DNA of 63,813 nt, filler included, from Intoshia linei (GCA_001642005.1; 8 parts of 8 records of this genome joined end to end with filler, not necessarily neighbours in it), one strand, 5' to 3'; shown: positions 50,701 to 63,813, numbered from the whole stretch's first letter. A program made the numbers and translations. Notes: generated by a model from the letters alone, not told the origin.

Positions 50701-53413
50701 ATGGATTTCCAACATCGAGCTGGTGGTAAAACTGGGACAGGAGGAGTAGCGTCAGCTAGCGAAACAAACCGCGACAGACGTGAGCGATTAAGGCTTTTAG
50801 CCCTTGAAACGATTGATATATCTAAAGTGATTTTATTTTTATCAAATTTGATAATTTTAATGAATTTTTTATAATTATTGTAATATTTAGGATCCTTATT
50901 TTATGAAAAATCATTTGGGATCATACGAATGTAAATTATGTCTCACCTTGCACAATAATGAGGTATACATAATTTTTTATTTTTATTGTAATGTTTTTTA
51001 AATTAAGGGTTCTTATTTGGCTCATACTCAAGGGAAAAAGCATCAATCTAATCTGTAATCAATGTTTTTATATTTTAAAATTATCTATAGAGCTCGAAGA
51101 GTAGCTAAAGAAGCATTAGATTCGCCATATTTACCTGCACTGGAAAAACCAAGGGTTAGTATCAAAAAATTTGTCAAAATTGGTCGACCCGGTTATAAAG
51201 GTAATTTCTTTAAATTTTCACTATTCATTTAATTATTTTTCTCAGTTACCAAACAAAGACACACAGAAAACGGACAACAAAGCCTATTATTTATGATTGA
51301 TTACCCTGAAATTGTAGAAGGTGTTGTACCAAAACACCGATACATGTCATCATATGAACAACATGTGGATTTACCTGATAAAAACGTAAATTTTGTATTT
51401 TTATCGACTGGAATAAGCTGTATCAGAATAATTTTCTTCTTTTTTTAGTTGTGGGAATGTTAATTCTTTAAAATTTTTTTTTGTTAATAAAATAATTTCG
51501 AAATAAAAAAAATTAATACTAAAGTACTTTTTTTAATTAATGCGTCACTTTGTCAGATTGAAAGTTTTTGTGTGTGTTAACTAGATATAACTATCATCTG
51601 CACTACTTTTTAAAATTATAGGGCTGTTTTCATTTCTTAAAAAAAATAATCTGGTATTTCGATCGTGAAAATTGACTTTTTTGAGGTTGCGATTTATGAT
51701 AATAGTTATGATTTTAAAAACTATCCTAGAATTTATGTTATATAAACTTCTAGGACATGTTTCATTTTAAAACAATGGCTAATTTGAGGTTTTGACCATG
51801 GAGGTTTACGTTTCTGAGGCTTAGATTTACGACAATGTTAATGATTTTAAAACGCGTCCCAGAATTTATGTTTAAATTTAAATTAAATTTTTGGGCTGAT
51901 TTTATTTTTAAACAAAAGGGTAAATTGTGTTTTTGACCCTGAAGGACTCAATTTCGTAAACTGAAAAATAAATATCAACATCCTCTGCGAAAATATATAG
52001 TTGATATTGAGTTTTTTAAATTCTACGTCTGCTAATTAGTTTAATATACGGTAACACATAGACAAACAGAACTTCAATTTTATATAAATTAAGTATTTGA
52101 CGGTTAGATAGAATTAGTGATAATTAGAAGTCAATTTATTACGTTTTTCATTTAATTTTTGTTAATATTGCCTAGTAATTTCTCTTTAATGTAAAGTGGA
52201 CAGAAAAAATACGTACTATCAATTTTAATTTATTTGGTGTTAAATGTAAAGCCAAAACTACTTATCTATGTTATGACGAACAAAAATTTTCTGCTTAAAA
52301 TTTATTCCAAATAAACTAAAAGTGATAGTACATATTTTTTTGGCCACTTTATTTAATGGTCCCTGGATAAATTATATAATTTATTACCGGCCACCTAGAA
52401 AAAAGTGTGGGAACCCTTGTGTAACCAATTAAATTGTACAGGAGTTAGAAAAATTGATAATTTATGGTTGGAATCAATCTTACCCAGTCTGAGCGATGAA
52501 AAAGTTATAATTAAACAATCTACCTATCTCGTCAGGTCAAAAAGCTTGATCTAGTTGTAAAAATGAAGCAATACAAGTTATAAATATAAATAGTAATTTT
52601 ACGGGTCCAAAAAAATTGACCTACATTTTTGATGCTTAATAAGATTTATCAGAATAAATAATTAACTAATTAATTACAAAATAAATAAATGACAAGTTTC
52701 AAGTTATATTTGATCAATAAAACTATTTTTGACTATAATTATTTCATTTCTCTAAAATCTTGAGTTATCTTGTAATATATGATTAGATTTTTGAAATTAT
52801 ATTCAATGAAAAATACACAAATGTAATTAATGAACCGATTTTTCCATTCAATGAAAGGTATGTAGTAGATACGGATATTTGACTTCAAAATTCTATTTTT
52901 GAGATAACTTTAATTCAATATTATCATTATACCCCTTCCCTCTAGCATGGATTGAACATGCAAATATTTAAAATATAACCATATCTGATTTAATTATTTG
53001 AATAAATGTTTAGTTATACATTAAATATTGTTAATCACTAATTAATTCTGTTAACTAGGACTTTTACTATATACGCGGATTATACTAATATTTAATCATA
53101 ATCTATTGACAGTATCTGATTGTAGTCGTTAAGAATTCCACCACCAATCATTACTTTTAATTTTAATTCATATATAAATTTCATAAATAAATTAACTAAA
53201 ATTTTAATCATGGTTATTTTAATGAATAATAATGAAAGTAGTCGTATATTTAACTTGATCAATATATTTTAGTGGCAATATTTATTGTTTGCTGCAGAAC
53301 CATACGAAACTATAGCTTTCAAAATTCCAAGTCGAGAAATTGATAGAGATTGCTTCTGGACAAAATGGAATGAAAATTCTAAACAATTTTTTCTTCAATT
53401 TAGTTTTAAATGA
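50701..53413 (+). CDS. SF3A2: Splicing factor 3A subunit 2 (SF3a66/Prp11), 6 exons
   Basis: MDFQHRAGGKTGTGGVAS..RDRRERLR.LALETID..KDPYFMKNHLGSYECKLCLTLHNNEGSYLAHTQGKKHQ..KIGRPGYKVTKQ..WQYLLFAAEPYETIAFKIPSREID. Confidence 0.97.
51388..52095 (-). mobile_element. Helitron-related subfamily copy in SF3A2 intron 5 (other copies 13690-14225 and 54648-55220)
   Basis: Shares body blocks with the main family, e.g. CTGGAATAAGCT.TATCAGAATAAT and TTTTGTGTGTGTTAAC. Confidence 0.65.
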
Positions 53414-53729
53414 TTGTGAATAAATTTTATTTTAAAGTGACGCTAGACTAATTAAATTATGCACTGCACTGCAGGTATGAATAAATATTTACGTTTAAAG
53501 CAATCAGTCACCAATCGTGATTTGATCAAAAGTGTTGATAAAAATTTTAAAATATAGTGTAGAATCTTATTGTAAGTAATGCAGTATGTATGTAAGTATG
53601 GCCTAGTTTTATTAATTAATCCATACAATATTTGAGTACAATTTATTTAAACGCTAGAGTTAAATTTATTAAAATATTGCTTGATTGACGATCCGATTAT
53701 TATTATTTATTCAGTGTCAGTTTACAAAA

Positions 53730-56320
53730 ATGGCGAAGGGATCTGGAATATTTTTAGGAATTGCTAAATTTACTATCGTCATAATCAATTTAATTATATC
53801 GGTAATATTGCGAAATTTTGTTTGAAATTTTAATTTCAAACTAGTTGATTGGATTAGCCGTTTTTGTTTTTGGAGTAATTCTTAAAGCTGGTTCATTATC
53901 AGTGGTCTTGGCAGTTATACCACTTTCTATATTATCTCAGGAAGCTAGAGATATTTATTTCAATGGAAACAATGCAGTCGGACTTGATATAGCGAAAATT
54001 AGTAGTCCCATCTCAATTCCTTTAATTGTATATGTTTCAAATGTAATCATAATTATTTTATAGGTTATTGGTGGCTTTTTATTATTAACTGGAATTTTTG
54101 GGTGCTGTGGAGTGTGTTGCAGAAACAAAATTTTCCTCGGAATTGTAAATTATTCATTTTTAATAATCTTAATATTTTTTAGTACATGTTTATAGTTTCT
54201 ATGTTAGTCGTTGCACAAATCATTATAATTATTGTTGTTTACCAGGGAACGGTAATTATTCATTTTATGTTGACTTAATTAGTCAATTTTACATGTAAAT
54301 TGTACAATATACTTGCTAAATGTTTATTCGTCTAATAAAAACGTTAAAAAAGACATTATATATTTTTCAAGTTGACAAGTGTTATATTTACAATTTTAAT
54401 GTTTAAATTGTAAACATGATTCAACCCAACTATAATCATACCTTATTATATCAAATTACAAGTATGTTTGTAAACTTTTTCATTTATACACAAAAATATT
54501 GATTTCATTTTGTGATATCGATTTTTAGTAATGAATTTTAATTTTATATTGAATTTTAATTATAATTTTTAAGTTTTATATCTAAGTATTAAAAGTGTGT
54601 AGTTGAGATTCCATTTTAATTCATTTCAGTTTGAAATACGTAATTACATCTTTACTTTACTTATATAAAAATGAATGTCTGTGTGTAACCATTTATTGTA
54701 AAAATTGAGTCGCAGGATTTAAAAAACCCAATTTTCATTTTTGTTTAAAAAAATCAGTCCAAAAATTTAAAAAAACATACTATCTGGAACCCGTTTTAAA
54801 ATCATGAACATTGTAGTTAATCTCAGCCTCAAAAACGCATACTTTTATGGTCAAAACCACAAATTACCATTTATTTAAAAATGAAACATGTCCTAAAATT
54901 TTTTTAAACATAAATGTGGGATAGTTTTTAAAATCATAAACATTATCATAAATGGAAACCTCAAAAAAAATAATTTTCATGATCAAAACCCACATTACCA
55001 TTTTTTTTTAAAATGAAAACAGCTCTAGGTGAAAAAAATTACAGATGTTACATTTGTATCTTGTTAAGACACACAAAAAATTTCAATTTGAATAAGCGAC
55101 GCCTTCACGGTCAAAAAAGTACTTTAATATTCTTTTCTTTTTTATTTCGAAACTATTTTATTAAAAAAAAAAATTTTAAATAATTAACGGTCGTATAATT
55201 AAAAAAAAAATTATTCTGATAGATTAAAATTAAAAATGAAAAAGTAAAATAATCCTCCTACAAAATAAATGTGTATTGAACGTATACACAGTTCTCACAT
55301 ATACTCATTCTATGAAACATACACGGTATAATCGATAGGTAAGGGTGTATTATTTATACTTTTTATTTTAGTTCACTGAAATTTTCAAAGAAGCTGGAGT
55401 GTCAACAATTGTGAACTATTATACATCATTCAATTCTACAACATCTTTTCCAACAATTATGTGGAATGCAATCATGTCTAATGTAATTTTTGCATGTAAA
55501 TATAATCTTACGCTTTATTTGAATATGTGTATAGTACACACTGTGTACTTGATAATTTATATATAAATTATTGAAATACATAAACATAAAAATTGTAAAT
55601 GAAATGGTACATCAACTTTTTAAAGTTTTCCCATGAGTAAAGTTTAAGCCAAAATAAAATTATATTGGTCTATTGAGTTTTTTAATTACACAGAAAATAC
55701 TATTTGAATTTGATTCAAGTTACATTGACTTTCTTCATCATCAAATACTATATACATAATTTAATAATTTTTTTATACTGGTTTAATGGACAGGCACTTA
55801 ACTGGATAATTTAAAAAAAATCAATTTTTGATAAATAAATGTTATCTAGAAATAGAAATCCAAATATACTTCAATTATAATTGAAGTAATAATTATTATT
55901 TAATTAGTTGGAATGTTGCGGAGTGAATAATCATATGGACTTTATGATATCAAAACATTATGTTGCATTTCAACCAAACAATGAGACTTCCTATTTCCCC
56001 CAGATTTGTTGTCGAAATGTTACTAAAAAGCCGTATTGTTCTCATAGCTCAATTACGAATGTAACCTCTTTTGCTGATACTGTAATACATTTATAAATAT
56101 TTTAACAATTAATTTAATATAATGTAATTTTATACATTTGATAATATTATTAGGGGTGTTACAAAAAAGTCGTTGAAAGTATAATGTCTTATGGAACAAT
56201 TGGCCTTGTAGTAATTGGTGTTTTTATTTCACTTCAGGTAATATAACTACATAATGTGTTTTTTAATTGTTTTAGGTTATTATTGTGGTTATAGCAGGCT
56301 GTATCGCATGTCGAAAATAA
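53730..56320 (+). CDS. Tetraspanin, 8 exons
   Basis: Four TM helices, GIFGCCG in TM2/3, and an EC2 with CCG, PQICC and GCY. Canonical GT-AG exons. Confidence 0.92.
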
Positions 56321-56768
56321 TACTAATACTTTACCCAAAAATTAGATATGTAAATTTTATTTTAATTAAATTATTCACACTAATCTTATTATTTAAACAT
56401 TTTGTCAGAAGACATGCGTATCGAACCAACTTTGGGTAGGAGTACAAGATATTTAAAACTAGTTTTAAATATTCATCGTGGAAGTAGATCCTGTTCGTAA
56501 ATTTATTCGTTCTTGCATTGCGGGTTGCTTCATGGTAGTTCAGTTACCCGAAAATAAAAGTGAGACATAGGTATATGGAAACCCATCGTTATACAAGTGA
56601 TAAGTGATTTAATATTTATATATACACTCCAAATGCATTAAATTTAATTAGCCTTTTATGAAAGGATACACGATATATCATTGTATTAGTCAAATGTAAA
56701 ATTATTACATTATTATAATTAGATGGAAATTATCTAATTATTATTATTAATTCCCTGGAAAGAGAAAC

Positions 56769-57405
56769 GGTAAATAAGTCTGAATTTTCATAGTATAAAA
56801 ATTATATATTATAAAATTTTCTTACCAAACTGTATATCGGGAATTTTCAGATTATTTCTTTTACCAAACTTTAAATAGGGGGTTTTGAAGATTTTTTTTA
56901 ACCAAACCTTTGAAAGGTATTTTCAGATTAGTTCTTTTACAAAACCTTAAAAAACAAAGTTTTTTAAGATTTTTTTAATCAAACATTGAAGAGAAATTTA
57001 AAAAAAATAAAAACAAAATAATCTAAAAATTCCTTTAAAGTTTTGGTTAAAAAAAATCTGAAAATTACCCTCCAAGGGTTTGGTAAAAAAAATCTTCAAA
57101 AACCATCCGATTTAAGGTTTGGTAATAGAAATAATCTGAACATTCCCCTATAAAGTTTGATTAAAAAAATCTTACAAACACTCCACTTCCAGAATTTGGT
57201 TAAATAAATCTTAAAAACTGTTCACTTTAAGCTGTTCTGACTGTTCTGACAATTACCCCTCAAGGATTTGGTTAATTAAATCTTAAAAACCCTTGTATTT
57301 AAGGTTTGGTAAAAAATAATAATCTGAAAATTCCCGATATACAGTTTAGTAAAAAAATTTTATAATATATAATTTTTATATTATGAAAATTGAGACAAAT
57401 TTACC
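56769..57405. repeat. Foldback element with long inverted arms and ~31-bp subrepeats
   Basis: About 90 bp of near-perfect terminal inversion, e.g. AAACTGTATATCGGGAATTTTCAGATTATT and its reverse complement. Confidence 0.75.
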
Positions 57406-57757
57406 TAAAATCCTGGAAAATACTACATATATATTATCCATTTCTATGATACCATAATCTCCTGCCAGGAGACTACTGACACTTAAACTGCACAGTGCGC
57501 ATTAATTAAAGTGGTCAGATAAAATACGTCCTATCAATTTTAGTTTATATTAAGATAAATCTAAAGCAAAAATTACTTATCTATGATGACAAATAATAAT
57601 TTTCGTCTTTATTAATTAAATAATTGATTTATAATTTGCTAGTGCATTTCTCATATTTTCCCTTAAGATCCTTGAGTTTTTAACGATGAGGAATTTTAAA
57701 TTTTTGTTATTAGCAATATGTAGAAAACGAAATATATGACTACACTATGTCGACAGA

Positions 57758-57841
57758 CGGTGTTACAATAAAATTGTGGATATTTTACTTTCTCAGGGAA
57801 CATTTGGGTTTGTGGTTATCGGAGTATTTATTTCATTGCAG
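57758..57841 (+). pseudogene. Orphan paralogous copy of tetraspanin exon 7
   Basis: RCYNKIVDILLSQGTFGFVVIGVFISLQ|gtaatt versus GCYKKVVESIMSYGTIGLVVIGVFISLQ|gtaata. No in-frame acceptor. Confidence 0.75.
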
Positions 57842-59044
57842 GTAATTCTTACTTGAATAAAATTCACGTTTGTGGGTGTCTGTCGACTGATGGTAAATTA
57901 TTATAGCCCTTGAATTTCAATTCATAAAATTTATTCATAAATAAATTACGGAACCAATTAATTTTAATGGCGTTGGAAACGCACAATCTAGCAACTCTGT
58001 TCCAGGTTAGAATCTTTGTCACAATTTTCTAAAAATTTGCAACGTTCATTTATTTAATTATAAATTATAAGTGTATGTAAATAAGAATTAAATTTTAATT
58101 AATTGCTATAATTACCATGAATAACGTGTAAAATATATACCTGGAAACGTTCAACTCGTCAGAGCTAGCATCTTTTTTTATTAAAAATAAAGTAAAAACA
58201 TTTAATCATAAAAATATTCATAAATAGCATAAATTCCAGAAAAAATAAAATTATAAAATCTATTTTGTTATTTTCAATGTGATGATATATATTCTGTACC
58301 AATTTAATGAATACTTAAAAATATCTATTATGTATCAATAATTAACGGAATCTTCACTTTATAAACATATTTCAGGCGAATTTTACCAATATTGCAAAGG
58401 ATTGTAATAAATATAAAAATGATAATAACAAGGTTGTATTACTTTAAGTTTCGTTGTAGTTTTTATTTAAATTTTATACAAAATGTTTTGAAAATAAGAA
58501 TTTGAAATTTAAAAATTGCGTAGCAATGAATTATATATATTTTTACTCATAATTTTTTATTGGAAATGTGTAGACGTTCAATGCTTATTTTTTTTAAAAT
58601 TGTAGGCTCAATATATACATTTTCAATTTTTATGTTAATCGAAATATTTGAAAAATACTGGTTGATACAAGGACAACTTAAACCTTTAATGTTAAACCTT
58701 AAATTATTTTTGACCGGGAATACGTAGTTTTCTGGTGTTGAAATTTTGTATTTATATTAACTGGAATAAGCTCTATCAGAATAATCTTTTNNNNNNNNNN
58801 NNNNNNNNNNNNNNNNNNNNNNNNNNNNNNNNNNTTAATTAATTAANNNNNNNNNNNNNNNNNNNNNNNNNNNNNNNNNNNNNNNNNNNNTTAATTTCTT
58901 AAATTAAATTAATTAAACAGATTATACATATAAATACGCATAGTACAGTATACGACGTATACTATACGTAGTAAGTATATACCGTAGAATACGTATACTG
59001 CGTATTCTATATCATATAGAATCCTCTAATTTTCAATATTTTAG

Positions 59045-59271
59045 CTTTATTTTTTTCAAGTGAATGGCTCTCAATAAACGTACTGATTCTAGACGAAAAT
59101 CGAGTTATAGTAGCTAAAGGTGAAACACCATTAATGGAATTATTGGTAAAACATGGATTAAAACCGATTCAAGTAGAAATGCAAAATGCCTTCACTTTTG
59201 GTTGTGCATTTCATTGCTGGACGTTGGACATACGAAGGAAAAGAAATTTACAGTCATACTTTATAGAATAA
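59045..59271 (+). CDS. GATM: Glycine amidinotransferase-like, last exon only
   Basis: SSEWLSINVLILDENRVIV...GCAFHCWTLDIRRKRNLQSYF matches the AGAT C-terminus, including the catalytic Cys (FHCWT). Confidence 0.85.
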
Positions 59272-60416
59272 TATATACTATAAAGTTCAAACCATAATTG
59301 TATAAATTTAGTACAAATACTTTTATAAACATAAAGCTTACTGTATATTGTTAAAGTATTATAGTGTCATTTTGCCCTTAACTAATATCTTATCTTTAGC
59401 ATTTTGAAATTTTTACAATTATGGCAGCACTAATTGTCACATGGTATTATCGACGAAATTATAAACTTAAATTATTTTAAAAACCTTGAAATTTTGTTTT
59501 ACTCTTTTTATAAATAATGAACCTTTATTATCGAATGGTGTACTATTCTAATTAAATTCTTTAATGGCATTGATCATTATAAACTTTCCCAAAAATAAGA
59601 AATGTTTAAACATAATGTATTAATACATTAAAATGGTAGATCATCAATATTATGCGCATGCGAATATAAAATATACTGTCACTATATATGTCACTACTAT
59701 AGTATATATTAAGGTGTCAAATAATTTTTTCTAATAACATTTTGCACGACGCTTAGCATACGTTCGTATTCGTTCTCAAAATAAATACACGTAGTGTTTT
59801 TACATTGTAAGTATTACAGTGTAATTTACATGTAGTGTTTGCTAACATGTGTAAATTAATAACAAATATTTCCATTGAAATGTTAGAATTTTATTTTCAA
59901 ATATTGCATNNNNNNNNNNNNNNNNNNNNNNNNNNNNNNNNNNNNNNNNNNNNTTAATTAATTAANNNNNNNNNNNNNNNNNNNNNNNNNNNNNNNNNNN
60001 NNNNNNNNNTTTTGTAATTATATACTTAATTTTTAGAATTATAGTTACTTTCTAATCTAGAATAGAAATAACTTAATTACGAATAAGTAATTTATCAGAT
60101 ATTAAAATATATTAATGAATGATGATAAATACATATCAAAATGTTGAAAAATATTTAAATAAATATAATTTTAATTTAATGTCATCACTATAAGAATTAT
60201 ACTTATATATTTTATATTTACAACATTTTTGCTCTAAAAGCGGGGTCAATTTCACATATATGGCTATATATCGATAAAATTATAATATTTTACTATAAAA
60301 TTAACATAATTCTGAAAAAGTGCCCCAAAACACGAATATGCCCCAAACACCGGGGTCGGACCGTAACGAAATCAACAACAAATAGATAACGTTTAATTAA
60401 CAATATTTAAAAATTT

Positions 60417-60716
60417 TTAGTTGACTTCTAATGAAATATAGCTTTTGTAATTGGCCATATTTCGTTTTAATATATCCGTACAAGGTCCAATTAATCTTTC
60501 AAAAGCATTTCGATCTAATTTGACACATTGAAGTTTTCCATTGGCTACAACAGTCGCAACACGTGGTCGATCAAGTAATAGTGCAATTTCACCTAAAATA
60601 AAAGTGTAATATTTAAATTGCAAAAAAATCATACCAAAATAATCGGACGGCCCTAAATTACCCACAATTTTTTGATTTTTATCATTATCAACAACTTGAA
60701 ATACTTTGGCATTGCC
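60417..60716 (-). CDS. PRKAR1: cAMP-dependent protein kinase type I regulatory subunit, last two exons
   Basis: [11 protein letters not shown]|[39 protein letters not shown], the CNB-B domain with an RI-type sequence. Confidence 0.9.
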   Translation of the reverse strand, partial: GNAKVFQVVDNDKNQKIVGNLGPSDYFGMIFLQFKYYTFILGEIALLLDRPRVATVVANGKLQCVKLDRNAFERLIGPCTDILKRNMANYKSYISLEVN

Positions 60717-61892
60717 CTATGATATTAATATAATAATATTTTTTTATAATTATTAATTTAGATAATTCCACAATTAAACATTCATTAATTTAATTAAATT
60801 AAATCAATTAGACAATTAAACAGTTCCATACATGCACTTGTAGTTTCATTGTTTTTGGGATAAATGTTTAAAATCAGAAAAGGCACCCACGTGCAAAATG
60901 AATTTATTGATAATTAAAAACACATCAAAAGTGGACAGTGTATAATAGAGTGGACATATTTTTCATAGTAAATAATTATTTTCAGATTTTTTGGAAGGAC
61001 AAGTAAAAATTTTGTTTGTTTCATTAATCTATACATGTGTACAAAATTTTACAAGTCTACCATAATGTTATAGTGGTGCTTAAGGGCGGGAAATATANNN
61101 NNNNNNNNNNNNNNNNNNNNNNNNNNNNNNNNNNNNNNNNNTTAATTAATTAANNNNNNNNNNNNNNNNNNNNNNNNNNNNNNNNNNNNNNNNNNNNGTT
61201 CATTTCAATTAAAATGGTTCATGGTGCATACTAGTTTTTGCAATTCTTCTTTAGTTTTCGTGACATTCAAACATTTCTTAAATTTTACAAGAGTTTCTTG
61301 CTTTCTTCTTTGCTTCTTCTTTTCTTTTTTCAAAAATTTCTTTCTGCCGCATCATTGATTACAGGTGCAATCCCAATAACTGAAACATCTTTCCCCATAT
61401 AATAATTGTGAAGATCATGTTTCTCAAAGGCAACATCACAAGCATTATGCATTAATAAATTTTGGTATATTATGGAATCTCTGTATTGACCATATTCATT
61501 GCAAACATGACTAACAAGATCGTGAATGTCTTGTATTTGAATGAATTTATTATATTGTAAATAACCAGAATTCGAGAAATTAAATTGTTAATAAAATCCA
61601 AAAAAATGAGCTAGAAACAAATTTAAAACAATAAACTGTATAACTTAACATGGAGAACAGTATTATAAAGGCGGTACCACGTTTAAAGCTCAAACGCCGA
61701 TTTCCATTAAAATAAAGTTCAGTTTTAATTTTTTCATAATATTTATACAGTGATTTTTAAAATGACAAACGCAACTCGGATAGATAGCGTTAAATATTTT
61801 TGATTGCGAATTAGTTTTTCTATTTTAAAAGTACACACTTTTAGTGCTAATTGCCCATCAAATTCTAAAATTTTTCAATAATTGTGACACCC

Positions 61893-63002
61893 TAGTGTCC
61901 ATAAGTACTTATTTTTAAGTACTACTAAATCTACTACTAAATAAGTACTCATAAATACCATAGATAATTTTAGTCAATATTTTACTTGTAATTTTTCTAT
62001 TTCTGAATAAAGTGAAGTTTTAATCAATTTATATTTAAAACACACTTTATATTGTTTAATTTGGATCATTTCAAATGTATTAATTAATAAAAATTTATTA
62101 TATTTTAATTATGCCAAAAAAAATTATAATTGTAATTATAAAATAAATATAATTATAAAGAGAGTTTATGTATTTTCACAAACATTTGGAAAATGATAGT
62201 GAGTTATGTAAAAAAATAATTTCCAATGATAAATACCAATGAAATTAACATTTTACATTTTAAATTGTTAATTGTTAAATTATTGAAAATTTCAAATTGT
62301 TAGAACTTTCAATTCTAATTTTATTGTTCTTTTTGTTTTTTAGACATTTCGAAAATTACTTATTTAGTTAAAGTGGCCAGATATACGTACTTTTCGAAAT
62401 GTCTTAGAAACAATTAGAACAATAAAATTGGAATTGAAAGTTATAGCGATTTGTTATTGAAAGAATGAACAATTTAAATATGAAATGTAAATATAAGTTT
62501 TATTGATATTTATCATTGGAAATGATTTTTTTACATAATTCACAATCATTTTGAAAATTTTGGTCAAAATCAATACAACTTTCCTTACAATTTTCTTTTA
62601 ACATAATTACGGATTTTAATGTTTTTACGTTTAAATTGTAATTTTTATCTATGTTATCTTATCTTATTATCGGTCCAATAATTGTTAATAACAATTGACG
62701 TACACGGTTAATAATAAATTAATCTTTTACTGTTTAGTCTATTAATTTAATAAACTTATAATTAATCCAAATGTTTGTAAAAATCAATAAACTATCTTTA
62801 CAATTATATTTTTTTTGGCATAATTACAAAATAATTAATTTTTATTAATTAATAAATTTGAGGTGATCCAAATTAAACGATATAAAATATAAATTTATTA
62901 AAACTTCACTTTATTAAGAAAGTGAAAAATTACAAGTAAAATATTGACTAAAATTATCTATGGTATTTATGGAGTACGTATTGAGTACTTATGGACACAC
63001 TA
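61893..63002. repeat. ~1.1-kb foldback palindrome
   Basis: Arms pair from GTGTCCATAAGTAC / GTACTTATGGACAC inward to GACATTTCGAAAA / TTTTCGAAATGTC around 62345-62405. Confidence 0.8.
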
Positions 63003-63813
63003 ACTAAATACGTACTTGATAATTTCTATGTAAACGTAAAAATTTGTATAGAAGGATGTTTATTTACGTTTTATTTGAAATAAACTTTCTCAATTGTAAT
63101 TAAATTAAAAGCACACTTTATCAATATTTTTCAATTTTAAAGTAAAGCAAATTTAATTAGTAATTATTTCAAAATAGTCAAAAAAATTGTTCTGATTTTT
63201 ATAAATGTATACTAAATAACAATAATTTGTGTCTAAAAATTACGTCTAATGATAAATATTAATGTTAAATTCAATTTCGACTGAGATTTTAAACTTAATT
63301 TCATTTTGGTTTCAAAGTAACTAGTACGTTAAAATTTGGCCACTTTAGTTAATACATACAGCAAATAATAAATTTAACTTTATATTTCAAGATAATATAA
63401 AAACTTTACATTGAATTGATATCGAGTAATGCTATGCTATAATTTATTAATTTTATTTTTCAAAAAACTGCTTATTTCTTAAAAATCTATAATTTTATAA
63501 TCATACTGTAGTATACCAGGGTTCAATTATGAGAGCGGCATTATAACAAAATTTTTAACCCATTTCTTTATTCTATTAATTTAATGATGAATTGAGTGAA
63601 AATATTTTTTTGTCACATTTGGCCTGACCAGCAAATTGAGTCTGACACCTCTGTAGTATGCTATTATATATTAAATGAAGGTGGTATAATTTAATTAAAC
63701 GACTATGAGTTTTAAAAATAAATTTTATCTACAAATATTTAGACTTGGTCTTGTAATTTTTTTTTGTATTTTTCTAAAAAATCCAACTCTGAGTCCATAT
63801 CAATTTTACTAGA

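Noticed and set aside
56449-56472. Perfect 24-bp palindrome ATATTTAAAACTAGTTTTAAATAT
   Set aside because: Almost entirely A/T and a single occurrence; plausible by chance.
58925-59015. TACG/GTATAC-rich self-complementary patch upstream of the GATM exon
   Set aside because: Low-complexity sequence at a contig edge with no assignable structure.

Overview
A very AT-rich eukaryotic (animal) genomic window. Many introns are about 40-60 nt and others are inflated by transposons; this is consistent with a reduced parasite genome such as an orthonectid, but the organism is an inference only. Seven 100-bp N44-TTAATTAATTAA-N44 spacers split it into eight contigs, and several genes are cut off at them. 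Recognisable genes: a divergent class C GPCR ectodomain, CEP120, SNRPG (SmG), partial MRPS11, TBL3/UTP13, a partial RhoGAP, SF3A2, a tetraspanin, the last exon of a glycine amidinotransferase, and the 3' exons of a PKA type I regulatory subunit. Intergenic and intronic space is filled with an abundant non-autonomous Helitron, pogo/Tc1, hAT and MULE/foldback elements, and Gypsy remnants. The most striking observation is an unannotated gene (26315-35958) with a chain of 12 short exons that are all symmetric phase 1-1 and multiples of 3, spliced onto a large exon and a 4-TM C-terminus. This resembles schistosome micro-exon genes and may be a combinatorial surface-protein system. All gene models were read by eye; no searches were run.
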